A stretch of DNA of 54,400 bases from Candidatus Levybacteria bacterium RIFCSPHIGHO2_01_FULL_41_15 (GTDB taxonomy: Bacteria; Patescibacteriota; Microgenomatia; Levybacterales; UBA12049): contig MFNV01000008.1 of NCBI GenBank assembly GCA_001782165.1, positions 1 to 54,400 of the forward strand, given 5' to 3'. A model generated the notes under the pieces. It was not told the DNA's origin and searched no databases. It worked only from the letters and a program-made list of their open reading frames with translations. Positions 45,013 to 53,600 of this stretch are shown here, piece by piece. Each line of letters begins with the position of its first letter. Within the stretch, counting starts at the first letter, position 1. Made by a program: the position numbers and the translations under genes.

Positions 45013-45561
45013 ATGGCAAGAAGTCTTAACAGAGTTCAATTAATCGGAAACCTCACGAGAGATCCTGAGCTTCGGTATACACCCAACGGAACTGCAGTTT
45101 GTTCTTTTGGTGTTGCTACAAACAGAAGTTGGACAACCGAATCTGGAGAAAAAAGAGAGGAAGCAGAATTTCATAGAATTGTGGCATGGAACAAACTTGC
45201 CGAAATCTGCTCTCAATTTTTAGTAAAGGGAAGGAAAGTTTATCTTGAGGGAAGGCTTTCGACAAGAACATGGAACGCTCAAGACGGGACACAGAAAAGC
45301 ACAACAGAAATAATAGTTTCTGACATGATCCTTTTGGATTCAAGAAGAACCGAGGAGGAAAAAATTGATGAAGAACCCGAGAGTCAGAGCTTAGAAAAGC
45401 CGGACAAGACTGCTAGCCTTGATGTGAAGCGGGCCGGGCAGGCAGGGAGTCAAAGTTTAAAAACAGAAAAAAATTTAAAGAAAAAGAAAACGAAGGAAGA
45501 CTCAAAGGAAGAGGATGAAGGCAAAGATGAGGACGTAGCCCCCGAAGATATCCCCTTTTAA
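45013..45561 (+). CDS. ssb: Single-stranded DNA-binding protein
   Basis: LNRVQLIGNLTRDPELRYT, EGRL.TR.W, C-terminal DIPF. Confidence 0.98.
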   Translation: MARSLNRVQLIGNLTRDPELRYTPNGTAVCSFGVATNRSWTTESGEKREEAEFHRIVAWNKLAEICSQFLVKGRKVYLEGRLSTRTWNAQDGTQKSTTEIIVSDMILLDSRRTEEEKIDEEPESQSLEKPDKTASLDVKRAGQAGSQSLKTEKNLKKKKTKEDSKEEDEGKDEDVAPEDIPF

Positions 45562-45732
45562 CTAGTAACTAGAAACTAGCCACTAGTAACTAGTTTTAAT
45601 ACTTAATGCCCAACACTGATTTAGGTTGTTGTCAAACCTGAAATAAATTGCTAAAATTATATACTCGCTTACTATCTACCGTCTACGGTATACAGCTGTA
45701 GTCAGTAGTTTGAAAGCTGAAAGCTTTTTATT

Positions 45733-45975
45733 ATGGTAAAGAAAAGAAGACAGATAAGGAAAATAAGAGTGAAGGAATCCTGCTATTTTTGTAAGGAAGG
45801 TAAAGAACCAACCGTTCGTGACGTATCGGTCTTACGAAGATATCTGACAGAAAGAAATAAAATAATATCACGTGCCCGAACAGGAATTTGCGCCAAACAT
45901 CAGAGGAATCTTACAAAAAGCATAAAACATGCAAGGCATTTAGCTCTCTTACCCTTTATTGCAAAAGAAATCTAA
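45733..45975 (+). CDS. rpsR: 30S ribosomal protein S18 (Cys-containing form)
   Basis: CYFC, RYLTER.KI..R..TG.CAKHQR, ARHLALLPF. Confidence 0.95.
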   Translation: MVKKRRQIRKIRVKESCYFCKEGKEPTVRDVSVLRRYLTERNKIISRARTGICAKHQRNLTKSIKHARHLALLPFIAKEI

Positions 45976-46010
45976 AATTTACCAATAACTAATAACTAAT
46001 AATTATATAA

Positions 46011-46769
46011 ATGGCTTCTCTGTCTATACCGCTATCAAATGGTTTTAGCCCAAAAGTAAAAAAAGATGATAAAGTAGTTGTCGGCCAAGTCATAGCCTCA
46101 AGAATCTTAAAGGGAAAAGATCAGGAAGTAAATGTTTCAAGAATCTTGGGTTTACCTGCCTCCCAAATTTCAAAAGTAATTACCAAAAGACCGGGAGACA
46201 GGATTGAGGAGGGAGAGGTTATTGCTCTTAAAAAAGGAGCCTTAGGAGTTGGGGGAAAAAAAGTTGTAAGCCCGGTTGGAGGGACTCTTTTTGGAATTGA
46301 CGAGGAGAAAGGCGCAATTTTCATAAGATCAAATCTTGAGGAAGAAACGCAAGACTTATCTTCTCCTGTTGATGGAAAAATTTTGCTGTGCGATAATGAA
46401 AAAATTACCATTGAGAGCGATAAAGATATTGTTCTTGCAAAAGAGGCAGCAGGGGAAGCAGAAGTTCAGGGAGAAGTCCATCAAATAAAAGGGGAGGATG
46501 TTGATCCTAAGACCCTGGATCTTAAAATAAAAGGGAAAATTGTTTTGGGCAGATTTTTCTCAAGAGAGGCTCTGTCAAAATCGATAGGTCTTGGGGCTTT
46601 GGGAATAATTTCAGAAAATATAAAAGAGGAGGATCTTGAAGAGTATATAAAAAGAATCGTAAAGACACCAGTATTTTTGATAGATGAAAAGGCTTTTGAA
46701 GAAGTTTCAAGACATAGCGGGAAAAAAGTCTATCTTTCTCCTTTAAAAAAATTAATTATGTTTTTATAA
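46011..46769 (+). CDS. Hypothetical protein with barrel-sandwich-hybrid-like repeats
   Basis: VKKDDKVVVGQVIA, PGDRIEEGEVIA, SPVGG, SPVDG. Confidence 0.65.
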   Translation: MASLSIPLSNGFSPKVKKDDKVVVGQVIASRILKGKDQEVNVSRILGLPASQISKVITKRPGDRIEEGEVIALKKGALGVGGKKVVSPVGGTLFGIDEEKGAIFIRSNLEEETQDLSSPVDGKILLCDNEKITIESDKDIVLAKEAAGEAEVQGEVHQIKGEDVDPKTLDLKIKGKIVLGRFFSREALSKSIGLGALGIISENIKEEDLEEYIKRIVKTPVFLIDEKAFEEVSRHSGKKVYLSPLKKLIMFL

Positions 46770-46771
46770 AT

Positions 46772-48064
46772 ATGGAAAGAACCAGAAAAATTCAGATTAT
46801 TGTTTTGATACTCGTCGCATTCTTCATAGGTTACTGGGCAGGTACAGTAAAAATCTCCTTTGACTGGAAAAATTATAAACCCGTTTTATCGATTTCAGGC
46901 AAACAACCGCCGCCATCCCTGTCGAATCTTGATTTTTCAAACTTCTGGGCGGTGTGGGAAAATGTTGAGAGCAAATACTATGATAAATCAAAAATTGATC
47001 CCTCTAAAATGCTAAACGGAGCAATAAACGGCATGCTTGCGACACTTTCCGATCCGTATACAGTATATTTGCCTCCTGTCTCAAATACGGATTTCAAGCA
47101 GGGGCTTGCGGGACAATTTGAAGGAATTGGTGCCGAGCTTGGCTTGAAAGATAAAAAAATCACAGTAATTTCTCCTTTGGATGACAGCCCGGCCCAGAAA
47201 GCTGGTATAAAACCTGAAGATATAATTCTTAAAGTAGACGGTGAGTCAACCGAGGGATGGAGCATATCACAGGCAGTTTCAAAAATCAGGGGGAAAAGGG
47301 GAACACCCGTTGTCCTGACTGCTCTTCATAAAAACACAAAAAATCCAACCGATATAAAAATAATAAGAGATACCATAACTGTCAAGAGCGTTGACGGATA
47401 CGTCAAAAAGATAAGCGAGATTAAAGGAATTAAGAAAACTTCTGTTCTATCTTCTCATCAAAACGATGAAATAATGTACATTAAGCTTGCGCAATTTGGG
47501 GATCAGACCAATAAAGATTGGCTTGCGCTTGTAAACAGCCTGAATTTAAAAGCTCAAGACCCTTCGGCAAGCTCAGGGCAAGATAAAAATTTTAGGGGAA
47601 TAATTTTGGATCTTCGCAACAATCCGGGAGGTTATCTTACAGACGCATCCTTTATTGCAGGCGAATTTTTAAGAGAAGGCCTTCCGGTTGTTATACAGGA
47701 GCAAGGAACAGGGGATAGGACAACCATATCGGTTTTGCGAAGAGGTCTTTTTCTAAGCTTTCCTCTTGTTGTTCTTATCAATAAAGGAAGCGCTTCGGCA
47801 AGTGAAATAGTATCAGGAGCGCTTAGGGATTATGAGAGGGCAAAGCTTGTAGGAGAGACGACATTCGGAAAGGGAACAATACAACAGGCAGATGATCTTG
47901 GCAACGGAGCAGGTATTCATATAACAATTGCCAAATGGCTCACACCCAAAGGCAATTGGGTAAACGGGAAAGGTTTGGAACCTGACATTTCTGTTAGTCT
48001 TGATAATAAAGACCAAAGTCACGACAGCCAGCTTGAAAGGGCAATAGAAGAGCTGGTAAAATAA
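46772..48064 (+). CDS. ctpA: C-terminal processing peptidase S41 with PDZ domain
   Basis: DPYT, GIGAEL, LDLRNNPGG, SASASEI, TFGKG. Confidence 0.93.
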   Translation: MERTRKIQIIVLILVAFFIGYWAGTVKISFDWKNYKPVLSISGKQPPPSLSNLDFSNFWAVWENVESKYYDKSKIDPSKMLNGAINGMLATLSDPYTVYLPPVSNTDFKQGLAGQFEGIGAELGLKDKKITVISPLDDSPAQKAGIKPEDIILKVDGESTEGWSISQAVSKIRGKRGTPVVLTALHKNTKNPTDIKIIRDTITVKSVDGYVKKISEIKGIKKTSVLSSHQNDEIMYIKLAQFGDQTNKDWLALVNSLNLKAQDPSASSGQDKNFRGIILDLRNNPGGYLTDASFIAGEFLREGLPVVIQEQGTGDRTTISVLRRGLFLSFPLVVLINKGSASASEIVSGALRDYERAKLVGETTFGKGTIQQADDLGNGAGIHITIAKWLTPKGNWVNGKGLEPDISVSLDNKDQSHDSQLERAIEELVK

Positions 48065-48240
48065 ACTCTAAATCCAAAATCACAAATCCTAAATGGTTCG
48101 ACAAGCTCACCATCCTGAGCAGCGTCGAAGGATAAATTCAAATGTTCAAAATAATAAATTCAAAACGTTTTGTATTTTGGTTATTTGATTTTTAATATTA
48201 ATTGGAATTTGGTGCTTTGAATTTGGGATTTAAATTGATT
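48065..48240. repeat. Composite intergenic element with palindromic core
   Basis: Core 48089-48137 is identical to 9050-9098. Confidence 0.9.
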
Positions 48241-49341
48241 ATGAGACGTTTAATTATTTCAGTATTGATACTCGTAGTAATTTTATTTGGTTTGAGTGCT
48301 TTAGTAAATAAATTCTCCGACATTAATCTGCCCAAAAGTGAAGTACAGCCTGAAAAAGTAAAAATTGTAAAGGAAGAGTCGGTTGCTGTCGATGTCGTTA
48401 AGAGGGTCGGACCCTCTGTTGTTACCGTTGTTGAAAGTTCTCAAAGAAGTTTTGGATTCGGTTCATTTGATGTTCCTGATACAGAAGAAAGAAATATCGG
48501 TTCAGGTTTCATTATCTCCGAAAACGGCTTAATAGTTACAAACAAACATGTTGTATCAGATAAAGAAGCAACTTACCAAATAGTAACAAGCGACGACAAA
48601 AAATACTCGGTTCAAAGAATTTTTAGAGACCCCTTAAATGATATTGCAATTCTTAAGGTAAATTTTTCCGATAATCCGGGGACTCGACTTAAGTCTGTCG
48701 AGCTGGGGGATTCATCAAAACTTGAAGTAGGACAATTCGTTATTGCCATCGGAACTGCACTTGGGAAATTCAGAAATACTGTAACGACAGGGGTCGTCTC
48801 GGGTTTGGGCCGGGGAATTACCGCAGGATCGGAGTTTGAGGGATTTGTTGAAAGGCTTGATAATGTTATCCAGATATCAGCGGCTGTTAATCCGGGCAAC
48901 TCAGGGGGTCCTTTGGTAAACTCCGCAGGACAGGTAATAGGGGTGAATACTGCAATTGCAAGGGGAGGTCAAAACATCGGATTCGCGCTTCCTATAAATA
49001 CAGTAAAAGAGGCGGTTTCAAATTTCAACGAACATGGAGAAATAGTAAGGCCCTATTTGGGAGTAGTTTACAGGATAGTAACAAGAGATGTTGCGCTTCT
49101 TAATGAAGTTCCGCAGGGAGCACTCGTTCAAGAGGTAATTGAAGGGTCGGGAGCAGACAAAGTGGGAGTAAGACAAGGGGATATAATAACGACGGTTGAG
49201 GGAAAAAAAATCGAGGAGATAAATGATTTGGCAGACACAATAAAAGATAAAAAGGTGGGAGATCGTCTGACTCTTGTCATTTGGAGGGATGGAAAAACTC
49301 AGGAAGTTAGAGCAACTTTGTCATCCGCCCCGAACAACTAG
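48241..49341 (+). CDS. htrA: HtrA/DegP-family serine protease, one PDZ domain
   Basis: GSGFII, TNKHVV, DIAILK, AVNPGNSGGPL. Likely start ATG 48241. Confidence 0.93.
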   Translation: MRRLIISVLILVVILFGLSALVNKFSDINLPKSEVQPEKVKIVKEESVAVDVVKRVGPSVVTVVESSQRSFGFGSFDVPDTEERNIGSGFIISENGLIVTNKHVVSDKEATYQIVTSDDKKYSVQRIFRDPLNDIAILKVNFSDNPGTRLKSVELGDSSKLEVGQFVIAIGTALGKFRNTVTTGVVSGLGRGITAGSEFEGFVERLDNVIQISAAVNPGNSGGPLVNSAGQVIGVNTAIARGGQNIGFALPINTVKEAVSNFNEHGEIVRPYLGVVYRIVTRDVALLNEVPQGALVQEVIEGSGADKVGVRQGDIITTVEGKKIEEINDLADTIKDKKVGDRLTLVIWRDGKTQEVRATLSSAPNN

Positions 49342-49374
49342 TAACTAGTATCTAGTAACTAGTATAATAGTGGA

Positions 49375-50454
49375 ATGGTTAGAATCCAGAAAAACATTTC
49401 ACTTAAAAATCTCAGCAATTACAGAATCGGAGGTCCTGCCTCTTTCTTTGCAGAAGTTAAGAATCCCGAAGAACTTTCGCAAGTTTTAAAAGACCGAAAG
49501 AAACTTGAAAACCCAAAAATTTTTGTTCTTGGAGAGGGAACAAATGTTCTGTTCAAAGACAGTGGATTTGACGGATTGGTAATTAAGAATAAAATTAACG
49601 GAATTAAGATATTAGACGACAGAGAGTCAAAGAGTTCCTCCTTCGCTAAAGCTTCGAAGGACAAGCAGAGAGTCAAAGGATCAGAGAGTCAGAGAGTCAA
49701 AGTTGGGGCAGGAGTTCTGTTGGAGGATTTGCTTGCCTTCTGCATTGAAAATTCTTTGTCTGGTTTTCAGTGGGCAGGAGGACTTCCGGGGACATTAGGC
49801 GGAGCAGTCCGGGGGAATGCCGGCGCATTTGGAGGAGAAATAAAAGACAACATAATAGAGGTAGAAAGTTTGGATAGCAGTACCTTAGAAATTAAGAAAA
49901 GAAGCGTGAATCAGTGCAAATTTGGATACAGGACAAGTGTTTTTAAGAGTCAAAAAGAGTCAGAGTTTAAGAGAGTCAGAGAGTCAAAGAGTCAGAGTGA
50001 GAAAGAGTCAGAGTCTAAAAGAGCTGCGGGACAGGAGATTATCATTTCCGCAACTTTAAGTTTAACAAAGCGTAATAGAGATGATATCGCTTCGAAAATT
50101 CAGGAGAAAATAGATTACAGGAACTTAAAACATCCTCTTGAATATCCGAATATAGGAAGTATTTTCAAAAATATTCCCGTAGAGAAAGTTCCTCAAAAAA
50201 TATTAAAACAATTAAGAGACTCGATAAAAAATGATCCTTTTCCGATTCTACCAACAGCAAAGCTTCTGGCTGTCGCGAGTCTAAAAGGGAAAAGACAGGG
50301 AGGTGCAATGGTTTCCAAGAAGCATCCTAATTTTATTATAAATTTTAACAATGCCACATCAGAGGATGTAAAGACTCTAATCCACAAATTAAAAGAGATT
50401 ATAAAATCAAAATACGGGATAGAACTGGAAGAAGAAATCTCAAACCTCGGGTGA
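49375..50454 (+). CDS. murB: UDP-N-acetylenolpyruvoylglucosamine reductase, with two repeat insertions
   Basis: IGGPA, LGEGTNVL, PGTLGGAV.GNAGAFG, FGYRTS.F, GSIFKN, HPNFIIN. Confidence 0.95.
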   Translation: MVRIQKNISLKNLSNYRIGGPASFFAEVKNPEELSQVLKDRKKLENPKIFVLGEGTNVLFKDSGFDGLVIKNKINGIKILDDRESKSSSFAKASKDKQRVKGSESQRVKVGAGVLLEDLLAFCIENSLSGFQWAGGLPGTLGGAVRGNAGAFGGEIKDNIIEVESLDSSTLEIKKRSVNQCKFGYRTSVFKSQKESEFKRVRESKSQSEKESESKRAAGQEIIISATLSLTKRNRDDIASKIQEKIDYRNLKHPLEYPNIGSIFKNIPVEKVPQKILKQLRDSIKNDPFPILPTAKLLAVASLKGKRQGGAMVSKKHPNFIINFNNATSEDVKTLIHKLKEIIKSKYGIELEEEISNLG

Positions 50455-50640
50455 AATCCTAAATCCAAAATTACAAATAACAAATAATATCTAAATTCAA
50501 ATAATCAAAATCCTAAACTTTTAAAATTTTTAAAATTGGAATTTTGAATTTGTCCCGATGGTAGTTTCCAGTCGGGATCCCGCATTTGCGGTGATAATTT
50601 ATTTAGAATTTAGTATTTTGAACTTAGTATTTGCCTAGCC
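50455..50640. repeat. Composite intergenic element carrying a second core type
   Basis: Heptamer arms plus CGGGATCCCGCATTTGCGG (50573-50591), the reverse complement of 34150-34168 inside recR. Confidence 0.85.
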
Positions 50641-50647
50641 CTTCGTG

Positions 50648-53600
50648 CTAGGGTGCCACTTCCTGATATACGGTTTTTTGCGTTTGGATTTCAGAGGGTG
50701 CATTAATAATAAAGTCAGCTCTTGACTGTACCGAAAATACAGGGCAAAGACTATTACTATCGCATAGACTTCTGTTATTTACAAAAGACCCGCCCCCTCT
50801 TGCCGCATTGACTATGACAGCGCCTCCAACATTTAATCTTTTGTCAGAAGTTGCGGGACAATTATTAAGGCCTTCCAGGATAAAACTTTTGTCTGTGCTA
50901 TAAAATCCCTGTAGGTGTTTTTCGGTTGAGTTAATTATGTCAGACGTACCTACATTTTTATCTACCGTTATATTTCCTGAGACCACAAATACGGCAGTGG
51001 TTCCAGTCTGAACCTCTATACTGTTTTTGATCGTCATATTTCCGTTTACCAAAATTATATAATCTCCATTGTTTTGAAAAAGAGGCGAAGTATTAATTGT
51101 CAGATTGAGGTTGCCGTCTGCCTTATATATGCCTAAAGTTCCTGAGGTAAGAGGAAGAGAAGATGAAATTTGGCAGTTTCCCAGGCCTCCTCCCCCGCAT
51201 CTTCCCGAAATATCAGAGGAGGTTAAGCCCTTGCGTTTAAGAAGCGATAATACGAAAGAGTAAGAAGTGGGCAGCACTCCTTTTGAAGGATTATACACTT
51301 CAGGATTGCTTGTCCCCCCGGCAACCCAACCGTTATGCCTTCCCGCCGTCCCTGATCCAAAATCAGAGGGGGAGTCGCCTGTAAAGCTAATTCCTTCGTC
51401 GTATTCACCAGAAGAAGGATTTATTTTTTCATAACCTTCGTAGGAAGCTGCGCTGCTATATGAACCACATGTCGGTGGGTCAGAAACAAAGGGAGGCATA
51501 CGATTTATAAAACCATCATCAAATCTTACATCAGTACCGTAAGACTGTATCCATGGAGAATAGCTAAGAATTCCGAAATTTAGACTGGTTATGTTGCCGG
51601 AGGAGCAGGTGGCACTGTTTGCTCCGCCGGTTGAACAACTTGGCCCGACAGTGACGGTAAAACTAGCAGGAGGACCATTGGTAGGGTAGGTCCTGGTATA
51701 GCCGGATGGGAGGTCGTGCGAAATAGTATAGGAGCCGGCAACAAGATTTGCCACAGAAAATGTTCCGCCTCCCGGATAGGTCACGGTACCGCCTGTTGAT
51801 GATATGGTTATACTGCCTGAGTAGTTTGTCTCTGTCCCATTCTTAACACCATCGTCATTTGAATCCTCAAACACATTCCCCGAGATTGTATAAGTTGGCT
51901 CAGGTTTTATCCCAAAATTAACTACGCCATCGGGAGGAAGCGAAGCTGATCCGGGGTTTGCAGTTGTTGCAATATAACCAGAGGGTACAGTAAGACTTAT
52001 TATATACGTTGCAGGACCTAGTCCCGAAAAGGAATAAAACCCGGAAATATCTGTAGTTGTAGAGGCAGGGCCTGTTACAGTTGTCCCCCCCGAATAATTA
52101 CTTTCTCCTACGTCCTTTGCTCCATTTTCATTTGTATCCATATAGACAGTACCGGAGATGATATATGTTGTCTGGTAGTCGACTATGACTGTGGCATCAC
52201 TTCCAACTGCTACACTCTTTCGACAAGAATATGTGCTTGGTCTTGAATTACAACTTAGCCAACCCTTAAACGGTACTCCGTTGTAGCTGGAAGGTGCTGT
52301 CAAGGTGGTGTTGATGTTAGTTTCCAGCCCGATCTGATAGGTAGTAGTTCCGCTGGTTCCCCCTTGGGTGCCGGTAATTGGCACGCCACTGAAGAAGCGC
52401 CCTGTGTCCCAATTCCAACTAAAGACTGTAAGCGTGGTTGAGGAGTCAGGAGTTGGAGTAGGTGGGGAAGTAGGAGTTGGGGTTGGACAAGTCACATTAA
52501 TATTCGTATCGGTTGCTGCAGCAGACTGACATATGCGTCCATCAGACAAATCCGCAGTCCCCCATACTGCTGTTGCGCCACATGCTTGAGCCATGACTTG
52601 CGTGGAATAAGGCGAGCTTAAATCAGTAGTGGGATTAACAGTTGCTAAAGAAGTATTATATGAACCAAAACGCATTCGATTTATTGTTGCCGATCCCAGT
52701 CCCGAAGTCACCGAAGCCGTAACTGTCCCAGTAGCTCCTCCTACAGTTAGGTTAAGTACACTAGGCGAAGTCGTAACCTGGCATGGTGTTGGAGTAGGGG
52801 TTGGGGGAGCAGTTGGACTGACAGTAGGGCACACAGCAAAGTCAGAAGCAGCTACAGAAGCTATATTTGACCAGACACCTGCGCTATTAGCATAGACTTG
52901 ATAATTATATGAATTTCCTCTTGAAACACTACTGTCGGTATAGGAAGTTGGTGCAATTCCTCCAAACGGTGTAAGCCTCGTCCATGTTCCGCCTGGTGGC
53001 TGTCTCCAGACATCATAGGAAGTTGCGCCTGTTACCGAATTCCAAGAAAGAGAAATATAAGTACCCTGCGCACAAGTAGCCGGCGTTGCGGAAACAGTTA
53101 AAGTCGGCGCAGGTGTGGGGGTTGGGGTAGGGGCTGCCGGCGGTTTTATTGCAAACCAAACATCTGCCCATTGGCTAGGGGTTAAGTTCACTGACACATT
53201 GTTTGCGCTGGTAACGGTCCAGCCAGAAGACACATTTGCCGTGACTGTATATGACCCGGCGGGAATAAGTCCACTTGAGTAATAAGGTTCGGTATTGCAG
53301 CTTGAAGCATAAAGTGGCCCAAAGTTTTGGTTGCCTGTGATGCTGACGCTGAAACCCACACCGGATGGCTGGACATAGTTGGTACAGCCACTTGAACTTG
53401 CGCTTGGATCCAGAATAAAAGGTTCGTTAGCATCGCAGTCTCCCTGACCATCGTCGTCCCGGCACAAACGCCCCTGGATAAAGACTTTGGCTTCGCAAGC
53501 TCCGGTTGAAGTGTTGCATGTTTGACCCCCCGGATCCGGACAGCCGCAAGTACCGCAGGCATTTATAAGAGTTCCATTGCTGCAATACTGAGGTTTGTTC

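Noticed and set aside
9050-48137. CRISPR array from the recurring 49-bp palindromic sequence
   Set aside because: Copies are dispersed over 39 kb, not regularly spaced, and no cas genes are present.
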